Shown here: positions 17,668 through 26,646 of the stretch, piece after piece | Layout: every line of letters starts with the position of its first letter | How positions within the stretch are numbered: the stretch's first letter is position 1 | DNA from: a virus | Taxonomy: Duplodnaviria > Caudoviricetes | IMG/VR virus record: IMGVR_UViG_3300043409_000415 | Location: 830-64,829 of that record | Length of the DNA: 64,000 nucleotides | Reading direction: 5' to 3' (one strand) | Program-made: the position numbers and the translations under genes | The notes under the pieces: model-generated | The model's input: only the letters and a program-made list of their open reading frames with translations | Told to the model about the DNA's origin: nothing | The model's database searches: none

Positions 17668-18057
17668 ATGGGCAATAGGTTTACTCAGGGCAAACGGGCG
17701 ATATCGGAGTGTGACCGATGTGGATTCCGTTTTAAGCTCAAGAACCTTAAAGGCCTAGTTGTTAAGACTAAGTTCATTCAAGTGATGGTTTGTCCAGAAT
17801 GCTGGGACCCAGATCACCCGCAGCTTCTTCTTGGAATGTATCCGGTCGATGACCCTCAAGCTTTGCGCAATCCTAGGCCAGATCGCAGCTATGTTACTTC
17901 TGGGCTTTTGTCTAGCGGATACTTAGGAGAAGGTAGCAGAAGTATCTTCTGGGGATGGAACCCAGTCGGTGGGGCTAGGTTGTTTGATACAGCATTAACT
18001 CCAAATCCTCTAGTCGCCGTTGGATCAATCGGCACTGTCACTGTAAGCATAACGTAA
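17668..18057 (+). CDS. Conserved protein with CxxC...CxxC
   Basis: ECDRCGF...VCPECWDPDHPQL...RNPRPD. Confidence 0.7.
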   Translation: MGNRFTQGKRAISECDRCGFRFKLKNLKGLVVKTKFIQVMVCPECWDPDHPQLLLGMYPVDDPQALRNPRPDRSYVTSGLLSSGYLGEGSRSIFWGWNPVGGARLFDTALTPNPLVAVGSIGTVTVSIT

Positions 18058-18066
18058 GGAAATACC

Positions 18067-18246
18067 ATGAAATCAGATATGGCTCAAGATAAGTCCATGA
18101 TCAAAAAGGCGTTTAAGCAACACGACGCGCAGAAACACGGAGGCGGTAAAGGCACATCTTTAAAGCTTAAAAAAGGTGGACCGACTACTGATGACCGTAT
18201 GAAGTTTGGTCGCAACATGTCCCGCGCTAACAACCAAGGAGACTAA
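18067..18246 (+). CDS. Small basic protein (59 aa)
   Basis: Manual: RBS TAAGGA, MKSDMAQDKSMIKKAFKQHD...LKLKKGG...GRNMSRANNQGD. Confidence 0.65.
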   Translation: MKSDMAQDKSMIKKAFKQHDAQKHGGGKGTSLKLKKGGPTTDDRMKFGRNMSRANNQGD

Positions 18247-18248
18247 TC

Positions 18249-18521
18249 ATGGCTAAATTCAGTAAGAAGATGGGTGGCAAAGAAGTGGGGGACGCAGCGG
18301 TCTACGCTAAACCTCATACCATGTCTGGCGCTTCTGGGGCAAAGCCTTCTAAGTCCCTGCAAGATAAAGCCGCAGTGAATGTCTTTGGTGATAAGGATGT
18401 TGTCAAGCACAGCACTCCTGTGACCATTGGCCCGCTGAAGGAAGCAACAACTGCTGGAATCAAGATGCGTGGCTCTGGTGCTGCAACTCGTGGATTCATG
18501 TCACGTGGACCGATGGCGTAA
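18249..18521 (+). CDS. Small basic protein
   Basis: C-terminal GIKMRGSGAATRGFMSRGPMA. Confidence 0.7.
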   Translation: MAKFSKKMGGKEVGDAAVYAKPHTMSGASGAKPSKSLQDKAAVNVFGDKDVVKHSTPVTIGPLKEATTAGIKMRGSGAATRGFMSRGPMA

Positions 18522-18524
18522 ATT

Positions 18525-19175
18525 ATGGACTACACCCAGTTGAAAACCGCAGTAGAAGATTACTGCGAGAACACTTTTACCGACGTTGACTTCGCCACTA
18601 TGACGCAGTTGGCAGAGCAAAAGATATTTAACTCGGTGCAGCTTCCTGTTTCACGCCAGAACGTCACTGGTCTGCTAACAGCTAACAATAAATACTTGAC
18701 CCTGCCTACCGGGTTCTTATCTATTTTTAGTTTAGCTGTTATTGACACCTTGGGCATGTATTCTTACTTGCTTAACAAGGATGTTAACTTTATCCGGGAA
18801 GCATATCCTTCTCCGGCAGATCTTGGTACTCCCAAGTACTATGCTGTTTTCGGCCCAGATAACACAGCACCGCTGTACACAACGTTAATCCTAGGGCCAA
18901 CGCCTAGTGCTGCGTTAACTGCTGAGCTTCATTATTCTGCGTACCCCACATCTATTGTGATTGATGGGACTACTTGGCTTGGTGATAACTTTGACTCTGT
19001 CCTGTTCAATGCCACAATGGTTGAGGCAATTAGATTTATGAAGGGCGAGGATGATATGGTCAAGTTATACGCTGACGCTTATAAACAGTCCCTTACTCTT
19101 ATCAAGAACCTGAGCGACGGTAAGTTGCGGCAGGATGCTTATCGTAGCGGTCAAGTCCGTACACAGGTGATCTAA
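18525..19175 (+). CDS. Head-tail connector/adaptor protein
   Basis: MDYTQLKTAVEDY...GTPKYYA...LGPTP...TTWL. Confidence 0.65.
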   Translation: MDYTQLKTAVEDYCENTFTDVDFATMTQLAEQKIFNSVQLPVSRQNVTGLLTANNKYLTLPTGFLSIFSLAVIDTLGMYSYLLNKDVNFIREAYPSPADLGTPKYYAVFGPDNTAPLYTTLILGPTPSAALTAELHYSAYPTSIVIDGTTWLGDNFDSVLFNATMVEAIRFMKGEDDMVKLYADAYKQSLTLIKNLSDGKLRQDAYRSGQVRTQVI

Positions 19176-19176
19176 C

Positions 19177-19629
19177 ATGGCTTTTACTGGCAATGCTTTC
19201 TGTACGTCAGCTAAGGCTGGTTTCCTCCTGGGAACGTTTACGCCTCAAGTTGACGATATTAAAATAGCTTTATATAACAACAATGCTACTTTAGACGCAA
19301 CTACCACTGTTTATATAGCTCCGGTCAATCCAGCTTCTCCTACTACAGGTGAGATCTCCAACACCGGGACTAACTACACAACGGGCGGGAAAATCCTACA
19401 AGGCACGGCTGTAAGTAGCGCTAATGGAGTAGCTTGGTTAACGTTCGATACCATCAGTTGGCTCTCATCATCATTTACAGCCCGTGGTGCATTAATCTAT
19501 GACTCCTCTAAGGGCAATCTAGCCATTGCAGTTCTTGACTTCGGTGCTGATAAAACTGTTGCTACGGGGACATTCACTGTCCAAATGCCTGTTGCTTCTT
19601 CGACCACTGCGTTGATTCGTATCGCGTAA
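19177..19629 (+). CDS. Tail structural protein
   Basis: KIALY...YTTGGK...FTARGALIY...VLDFGADK...GTFTVQMP. Confidence 0.7.
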   Translation: MAFTGNAFCTSAKAGFLLGTFTPQVDDIKIALYNNNATLDATTTVYIAPVNPASPTTGEISNTGTNYTTGGKILQGTAVSSANGVAWLTFDTISWLSSSFTARGALIYDSSKGNLAIAVLDFGADKTVATGTFTVQMPVASSTTALIRIA

Positions 19630-19638
19630 GGACACAAA

Positions 19639-20370
19639 ATGGCTGTTACTGTAGCTCATTCTTTTCTTAGCACGATCCCCGATGATCCGCTTACCCCTAC
19701 GCTAGTTAAACCATCAAACTGGAACGCAGCGCATGTGGTCACAGGGACCACTGATGTAGTCAACGGAGGCACAGGCCTTTCTGCTGGCACTTCGGGTGGT
19801 GTGCTTGCATTTACAGCAACGGGGACCATAGCCTCTTCTACGGCTCTAGCTGCTAATGCTCTTGTCATTGGAGGTGGGGCAGGGGTTGCTCCTTCTACTG
19901 TCACTACAGCTACAGGGGCTTTAACATTCCTTGGTACACCGACAAGTGCTAACTTCGCTGCGTTGTTGACTGATGAGACTGGCACAGGCTTAAATGTCTT
20001 TGCCACATCACCAACGCTAACTACCCCAACAATTTCAGGCTATACAGAGTCAGTGGTTGCTTGTGGCACAGCAGGGGTGGTAGGAGCTTCGTTCACGTTT
20101 GTGATTACTGCGGGGACGGTTCTAACGGCTATCCTGACTGCTTCTACCCCTTGCACGTTCACAATGCCTGCATCGCCGGTAGCGGGTCAGTCCTTTGTTC
20201 TGCGACTTACCAACTCTGCAACGGGCATGACCACAGCTACCTTTACAGGGGTTAAATGGCCCGGTGGCACTGTCCCTGTTATCACAGCAACGGCAAGCGC
20301 AGTAGACATTATTAGCTTTGTCTACATTGGTACTAGCTGGTACGGTAACGCAGCACAGGCATACGCATAA
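19639..20370 (+). CDS. Tail fiber-like protein
   Basis: T/A/G-rich; VNGGTG; C-terminal VKWPGGTVP...VDIISF. Confidence 0.7.
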   Translation: MAVTVAHSFLSTIPDDPLTPTLVKPSNWNAAHVVTGTTDVVNGGTGLSAGTSGGVLAFTATGTIASSTALAANALVIGGGAGVAPSTVTTATGALTFLGTPTSANFAALLTDETGTGLNVFATSPTLTTPTISGYTESVVACGTAGVVGASFTFVITAGTVLTAILTASTPCTFTMPASPVAGQSFVLRLTNSATGMTTATFTGVKWPGGTVPVITATASAVDIISFVYIGTSWYGNAAQAYA

Positions 20371-21596
20371 TGTTTGCTTCGCTGAACCAACTGTTAGCAA
20401 GAAGGCCACCGTCTAAGCCGGGAGCGCCCACAATTGGAACAGCAACAGCAACTGGAACATCGAGTGCTACGGTCGCGTTTACTCAACCTGCTAACAATGG
20501 CGGGTCTATTATTATCAGTTACACAGCGACCAGCAGTCCTAGTGGGATTACCGGAGTTCTAGTCCAAGCGGGTTCAGGAACAATTACAGTTAATGGGCTT
20601 GCTGCTTCTACGGCATATACATTTACTGTTACCGCTACCAATGCAATTGGAACAAGCGTAGCAAGTGCAGCAAGCAACTCTATTACGACTTCTGCTGCAA
20701 CGTCTACCCAGCGGGCTATATTTGGGTTTGGTTATGATGGTTCTTTGCTTTCAGTAACCAACTTGGTTTCTAATACTGGGGTTGTAGCAACAAACACTAC
20801 GGGAGTTGGCAGTGCTAGGTCTGCTCTTTCTGGCGCAACTTATGGGGTCGATAAAGGTATTTTTGGGTTTGGAAACACTGGCGTATCCACGGCCATAACC
20901 AATAAAGTTTCTAATACGGGGGTAGTAGCTACTGATACCGCAGGTGTTGGCACTGCTAGGTATTACACCGCCGCTGCGGGATATGGTGGTGATAAAGCCA
21001 TATTTGGTTTTGGAACCACTAGCTATGGGTCTAGTGGTTCTCCCCCTAATTATTCTTTGACTAACCTTGTGTCTAACACGGGCGTAGTAGCCACTGACAC
21101 CACAGGTGTAGGAACTGCAAGAGCAGGGTTAGCTGCTGCTAGATACAGTACTGATAAAGCAATATTTGGGTTTGGTAACCAAGGTGGTGGTACTCGCAAT
21201 GCTCAAACTAATTTGGTGTCCAATACTGGCGTTGTAGCGTCGGATACAACTGGAGTTGGTACGGCAAGAGACTTCTTAGCTGCTGCTAGTTATGGCACCG
21301 GCACTGCTATATTTGGGTTTGGTACTTCGCCAGCCGCTGTTTCAATAACCAACTTAGTGTCTAACACTGGTGTGGTCGCAACTGATACAACAGGTGTTGG
21401 TACTGATAGGTCTGCTCTTGCTGCGTCATCTTATGGCGGCGATAAAGCCTTGTTTGGCTTTGGTGTTGACGGTTCCGGCACAGTCAATCTTTCAATGACA
21501 AACTTGGTGTCCAACACTGGTGTAGTTGCTACAGACACTACAGGCGTCGGTACTGCCAGATTCTCCCTTGCAGCAGCAGGTTACTCATCCGTATAA
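20370..21596 (+). CDS. Fibronectin type III plus repeat (putative beta-propeller) protein
   Basis: FN3 PGAPTIG...YTFTVTATNAIG, then 7 AIFGFG...TNLVSNTGVVATDTTGVGTAR repeats. Confidence 0.8.
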   Translation: MFASLNQLLARRPPSKPGAPTIGTATATGTSSATVAFTQPANNGGSIIISYTATSSPSGITGVLVQAGSGTITVNGLAASTAYTFTVTATNAIGTSVASAASNSITTSAATSTQRAIFGFGYDGSLLSVTNLVSNTGVVATNTTGVGSARSALSGATYGVDKGIFGFGNTGVSTAITNKVSNTGVVATDTAGVGTARYYTAAAGYGGDKAIFGFGTTSYGSSGSPPNYSLTNLVSNTGVVATDTTGVGTARAGLAAARYSTDKAIFGFGNQGGGTRNAQTNLVSNTGVVASDTTGVGTARDFLAAASYGTGTAIFGFGTSPAAVSITNLVSNTGVVATDTTGVGTDRSALAASSYGGDKALFGFGVDGSGTVNLSMTNLVSNTGVVATDTTGVGTARFSLAAAGYSSV

Positions 21597-21615
21597 ATTA
21601 CGATAGTCAAACTAA

Positions 21616-21795
21616 ATGGCTAATGCTTTCCAACCCAACGCTTTCCAGCCTGCGTTTCAGGAACAAATATCCGTTACGGTCACACTAACTGGAGTTGTTG
21701 CTGTTGGAAGTATTGGCAATGTCACTATTTACATCCCTACCTGGGGATTAGTAGACACTGCGCAGAATCCTAATTGGCAAATCATCATAACGTAA
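21616..21795 (+). CDS. Small tail protein (59 aa)
   Basis: Manual: MANAFQPNAFQPAFQ...TLTGVVAVGSIGNV...WGLVDTAQNPNW. Confidence 0.6.
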   Translation: MANAFQPNAFQPAFQEQISVTVTLTGVVAVGSIGNVTIYIPTWGLVDTAQNPNWQIIIT

Positions 21796-21804
21796 GAGCA
21801 CAAT

Positions 21805-22380
21805 ATGCCTACCTCATATACCACATCACTCGGCCTTGCTCTTCCAGTACAAGGGGACTTAGTTAATTCCTGGGGGGATGTTGTAAACAACAGCATTACT
21901 ACCCTGGTAGATACCGCAGTTGCTGGTTATCTAAGTATTGCTATAACAGGTGACCATACCCTTACCACCACAGCGGGCGCTACCAATCAAGCCCGCAACA
22001 TGATGTTGAACTTCACGGGCACGTTAGGAGCGGCTAGCACCATCACTGCCCCTGCTGTTAGCAAGCTTTACATCATTACCAACTCTACAGTTGGAAGTTT
22101 TGCCATTACGCTAAAGACCGCTACGGGGATTGGTGTTTCAATTTCCAGCGGGATTACAAAAGCCATAATCTGCAACGGCACAGACATGACGGAGGTAACC
22201 TCCAGTGGCGGTGGTGGCGGTGGCGCTTCAGGTGATGGTCTTCTGTACGAGAACAATACAATCGCAGCGACTAGCTATACAATCACCGCTGGCAAGAATG
22301 CCATGAGCGCTGGTCCCATCACAGTCAACTCTGGCGTGGTTATCACCGTCCCAGTTGGTTCTGTTTACACAATTGTCTAA
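21805..22380 (+). CDS. Tail fiber anchor/adaptor protein
   Basis: MPTSYTTSLGLALP...WGDVVN anchor; C-terminal YTITAGKNAMSAGPITV. Confidence 0.7.
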   Translation: MPTSYTTSLGLALPVQGDLVNSWGDVVNNSITTLVDTAVAGYLSIAITGDHTLTTTAGATNQARNMMLNFTGTLGAASTITAPAVSKLYIITNSTVGSFAITLKTATGIGVSISSGITKAIICNGTDMTEVTSSGGGGGGASGDGLLYENNTIAATSYTITAGKNAMSAGPITVNSGVVITVPVGSVYTIV

Positions 22381-22389
22381 GGGCAGATT

Positions 22390-25170
22390 ATGAGTGTCTC
22401 AATCAACGGAAATGGTACGGTCCTTGGTGTTACAGGGGTCATCCCGTCTTCTGCGTCCACTTACACCTCAGCAGGTGCAGGCGCAGTTGCTACTACTGTT
22501 CAAACAAAGTTACGTCAAATAGTAAACGTAACAGACTATGGCGCAGACCCTACTGGTTTCGTGCCATGCGATACGGCTTTTGCTGCTGCGGTTACTTACG
22601 CAAAAACACTGTCCGCTCCTGAGTTGGTTATTAACGCTGGTGCATATACTGCAACAGGATCACTTACGTTTGATCTCCCAAACTACTCCACCATTACATT
22701 CATTGGAGTTATAACTTCAAACGTTGTAAGTGATGCGGCAGTTAGAATTGGAAGCACAGCCACCAATACATTTGGATTGTCTGTTAGAGGGATCAAAGTT
22801 CAAAGATCTGTCACTGATACGTCTGGCGGGTCTTCTGGGGTGCAACTTAGAAATCTTTCTTGCAGTTATGTAGATATTCGCCTTTGCACGGGATTTCAAG
22901 ACGGTGTGTTCTGCTATGGTGACAAACCTAACGGGGGCTTTAGTTACAACGAAGTCCACATGGGACTTATCCATGACAACAAGCGCAATGTTTACCTAAA
23001 CGCAGGGACTACAGGGTATTGCAACGAGAACAACTTCTATGGCGGTACGTTTAACCATAGCAGTACTTACCCTGCAATTGCCACTACCAACTTAGAAATT
23101 GCCAATTACGCTCCGGCCACGTTAAACAACAATCGTTTCTACGGACCATCGTTTGAAGACAATAGTACGTTAGCAACTGCTGCTGTAATCTGTGGTAGTA
23201 ACAATGTAATCTATTGGCCCCGGATGGAGAACCCCGCAAATCAAACAGGGTATCAAATCCAGTTTACTGTTAATGCTATTGAGTGCAGAGTTATTGGTCA
23301 TGGGTTCACAATGGTGGATTCAAACATTAGCGACCTTGGTTCTGGAAATATGTATGAAACCCGAGAGGGCGCAGTAATACGTTATCAAACCCCAGCAACC
23401 GCTGGGAAAGCTGTTCTAAAGCTTCAAAGCTACTTTACAAGTGGGGCTAAAGCACTATCCATACTTGACTCTGGCGGTGTAGAAAGAGCTTACGTTACCG
23501 GCGATGGTGATGCTACTTTCCATTCTGTAAACACTTCTATCCCTACGCCGACAGGGAATTTTGTTACCGTAACCGCATCGAGTAACGTTCTCGTTGGCGC
23601 TACTACTAGTGCCTATACGCAAGGCCTACAGCTTTACGGGACAGCGGCTAATGGTTCATCTAACGCTTTTCAATGGCAATACTCGGCCAACACCTCCGCT
23701 GCAAACTTGCTATTTGTCAAAACTCGCGGCACTACTGCTACAGTTTTAACCCCTGTTATCAGCGGTGATTTGTTAGGCACTATCGCATTTGCTGGCCCAA
23801 ATAGCAGTTCTGCAATAGTAAGTGCTGCTGGTATTACCGCTGGCGTTGATGGTGCTGTAACTGCTACAGATGTTCCTACCTCGTTATCTTTCCAAACTGG
23901 AACGACTACAGGTAACACAAGAATGACTATCAGCAGTGCTGGGTTAGTTACTGTTAATGGAACTCTAGCTGCTAGCAGTCTTACACCAACCAACCCATTG
24001 GATGTGGCTTACGGTGGAACAAACATCGCCAGCTACACCATTGGGGATATCCCTTACGCTTCTGCATCAGGTGTGCTTTCCAAGTTGGCAGATGTTGCTA
24101 CGGGTAATGCAATCATTTCAGGTGGTGTTGGTGTTGCGCCAAGCTATGGGAAGATTGGTCTTACTACTCATGTAAATGGAACATTGCCTGTTGCTAATGG
24201 CGGGACAAACGCGACTACGGCTAGCATCACATCATTTAATAACATCACGGGCTATACAGCTTCTGGTGCAACAGGAACGACAAGTACTAACTTAGTATTC
24301 TCTGCATCCCCAACCATTACTGGCACATTGGGCGCAGCAGCAATAACAGCTAGTTCAACGTTACAAGTCACAGGTGACGCATTTTTAAATTCTAGAGTAC
24401 TTGTTGGCGGGCCAACTACTAGTGCATTTTTACAAGGCTTACAGCTTTTTGGTAGCGCTGCAAACAGCACACAAAATGCATTTCAATGGTGCTATAGCAC
24501 AACAAATACTGCAACAACCTATCTTATTCGCTCTAGAGCAACAACACCAACTGGGAATACAGCCGTTATAAATGGCGATACTTTAGGTAGTTATGCGTTT
24601 GGTGGTACAGATGGAACAAACGTTGGTGGTAATCCCAATGTTGTAGCTACTACTGCTATTACTTCTATAGTTGATAATACGGTATCTGCTAACACAATTC
24701 CTTCTTCTTTAGTGTTTTCAACAGGAACAACTGTTGCTACTTCAAGGATGGTAATTAGCAGTGCTGGTGTTGTTACCATGTCAAACTATGGCGCGGGCAC
24801 AGCAACCTTCTCTGCTAGCGGTGTAATTAGCTCTGTCTCCGATGAGACACTGAAGATCAAAGATGGGGTGATTGCTGATCCTATTCCCATGATCATGGCA
24901 CTAGAGCCTGGGTACTACTTTGGTAAGCCAGAAGCTAATATGGGCGACGGTAGGCAACTGGGGTTTTACGCCCAGAACGTCCGCGCTGCTATTGGCCCAG
25001 AAGCTGCTCCTGATCCAGATTCCAAAACGCTGGAAGATGGCACTGTCATCACCAAACCTTGGGGTTACTTTGACCGGTCTGTATTGGCAGTGGCAGTTGA
25101 GGCTATCAAAGCACAGCAAGCACAAATTACTGCGCTAACTGCCCGTATTGCAGCGCTAGAAGCAAAATGA
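22390..25170 (+). CDS. Tailspike (pectate-lyase-like beta-helix) with C-terminal S74-type chaperone
   Basis: TVQTKLRQIVNVTDYGADPTG; SDETLKIK...GFYAQNV...coiled-coil end. Confidence 0.8.
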   Translation: MSVSINGNGTVLGVTGVIPSSASTYTSAGAGAVATTVQTKLRQIVNVTDYGADPTGFVPCDTAFAAAVTYAKTLSAPELVINAGAYTATGSLTFDLPNYSTITFIGVITSNVVSDAAVRIGSTATNTFGLSVRGIKVQRSVTDTSGGSSGVQLRNLSCSYVDIRLCTGFQDGVFCYGDKPNGGFSYNEVHMGLIHDNKRNVYLNAGTTGYCNENNFYGGTFNHSSTYPAIATTNLEIANYAPATLNNNRFYGPSFEDNSTLATAAVICGSNNVIYWPRMENPANQTGYQIQFTVNAIECRVIGHGFTMVDSNISDLGSGNMYETREGAVIRYQTPATAGKAVLKLQSYFTSGAKALSILDSGGVERAYVTGDGDATFHSVNTSIPTPTGNFVTVTASSNVLVGATTSAYTQGLQLYGTAANGSSNAFQWQYSANTSAANLLFVKTRGTTATVLTPVISGDLLGTIAFAGPNSSSAIVSAAGITAGVDGAVTATDVPTSLSFQTGTTTGNTRMTISSAGLVTVNGTLAASSLTPTNPLDVAYGGTNIASYTIGDIPYASASGVLSKLADVATGNAIISGGVGVAPSYGKIGLTTHVNGTLPVANGGTNATTASITSFNNITGYTASGATGTTSTNLVFSASPTITGTLGAAAITASSTLQVTGDAFLNSRVLVGGPTTSAFLQGLQLFGSAANSTQNAFQWCYSTTNTATTYLIRSRATTPTGNTAVINGDTLGSYAFGGTDGTNVGGNPNVVATTAITSIVDNTVSANTIPSSLVFSTGTTVATSRMVISSAGVVTMSNYGAGTATFSASGVISSVSDETLKIKDGVIADPIPMIMALEPGYYFGKPEANMGDGRQLGFYAQNVRAAIGPEAAPDPDSKTLEDGTVITKPWGYFDRSVLAVAVEAIKAQQAQITALTARIAALEAK

Positions 25171-25199
25171 CAATCACCTTCTTGGTGTAAGGATAAATT

Positions 25200-26636
25200 A
25201 TGACTGTATCAATTGATGGCGCAGGGGTACTTACAGGAGTTACTTCTGGGCCTAGCTATTCTGCTTCTGGCACAGGAGCAACAGCCATAACGGTTCAAAC
25301 GAAGCTTCAGCAATCAGTAAGCGCAGCGGATTTTGGGTTCCTCCCATCCGCTACAGCCGCTACTAATGCTGCTGCGTTTGCTGCTGCGTTTACAGCATCT
25401 ACTCAACTAACCATCCCTGCCGGGACGTACAGCGTTACCTCTCTTCCTAATCTTGCCGTGCGTGGCACTCGGATTCAGGGCATTGGGCGTGTTGTGCTGA
25501 ACATCACAGGCGCAGGACCGGGATTGGTTATTGATGCTGGTGCAGCGCCATCTACAACGGTAGTGCAGGATATTGTTATTGATAACCTGACAATTGATGG
25601 TCGGTATTCTGCGGCAGGAAACGTTGGTATCTTTATCCGAGGGATTACACACAGTCAGTTTAATCGCATCCGTCCTATTAACTGGATAGGTTCTGCGATG
25701 TACTGCATGTTTATGGTGTCCAATTCGTTCTATGACTTTTGCTATTCGGGGAACGAACCCGGTATTACGATTTTAACTGCTGTAGGTATTTCCCTTACAA
25801 ATCGCAATGCTACGGATGCGTGCTCCAACTGCACTTGGATAAATCCTGTCATTGAGGGAACAAGCACTAACGGGATTGCCGCAGCAGCAGCTATTGCCAA
25901 TACTTTTGTTGGCGGGACTGTTGAAGGATGCGGGTACACCTCTGGATACGGTGGTATTTATCTTGGCCCAAATACTGCTGAAAATAGTTTTATTGGTACT
26001 GATTTAGAACAGAATGGAATTCTTGGAGACGCTACTACGTTTCACATAAAAAACTATGGCTCTCGTAATTCTTTTACCAATATCTTTGCGGATGATGTTT
26101 TAACTCAATTGATATGGTTGGCCGGCGGAAACACTACATTAATTTCCGGGGGAGCAATAGGCAGTTTGAGGATTGATGCTGGTGTCTTAAATACAGTTAC
26201 TAATGCTCTTGCTTGGAATCTTAACGGAACTAGCGTTATTACAGATGGTAGCGGTACAACTCGTCACATACAGTTATACAATATAAATGTTGGAACAACG
26301 CTTCCTGACTCTTACGTCACCAAAAATACTTGGACTCCTGTCCCAACAGGTTTGACGGTTGTTGGAACCCCAACATATACGGGCACTTATGAACGTGTTG
26401 GTGATCTGGTTTGTTTTACCATCCGCGTAACCAGCACAACGTCTACCGCATCAACTGCGGGGGCAACTAGTTTTGCTGCGCCAACATCTACTATTGTGCC
26501 GGGTACTTGCACCGCTTCATCTGCTAATACAGTGGCTAGTTACGGTGTGGGATTGTGTATTAGCAATCAACTTTACATGCCAACTTGGAGCGCTGACAGT
26601 AACGTGGTTATTTCCGGCCAATACTTTGCAGCATAA
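25200..26636 (+). CDS. Tailspike/depolymerase (beta-helix)
   Basis: TVQTKLQQSVSAADFG...IPAGTY; beta-helix composition. Confidence 0.75.
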   Translation: MTVSIDGAGVLTGVTSGPSYSASGTGATAITVQTKLQQSVSAADFGFLPSATAATNAAAFAAAFTASTQLTIPAGTYSVTSLPNLAVRGTRIQGIGRVVLNITGAGPGLVIDAGAAPSTTVVQDIVIDNLTIDGRYSAAGNVGIFIRGITHSQFNRIRPINWIGSAMYCMFMVSNSFYDFCYSGNEPGITILTAVGISLTNRNATDACSNCTWINPVIEGTSTNGIAAAAAIANTFVGGTVEGCGYTSGYGGIYLGPNTAENSFIGTDLEQNGILGDATTFHIKNYGSRNSFTNIFADDVLTQLIWLAGGNTTLISGGAIGSLRIDAGVLNTVTNALAWNLNGTSVITDGSGTTRHIQLYNINVGTTLPDSYVTKNTWTPVPTGLTVVGTPTYTGTYERVGDLVCFTIRVTSTTSTASTAGATSFAAPTSTIVPGTCTASSANTVASYGVGLCISNQLYMPTWSADSNVVISGQYFAA

Positions 26637-26646
26637 GGGATAAAAA

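Noticed and set aside
20750-21560. Regularly spaced DNA repeats resembling a CRISPR array or DGR template/variable pair
   Set aside because: Repeats vary at synonymous positions and encode protein repeats; no cas operon or reverse transcriptase; differences are not adenine-specific
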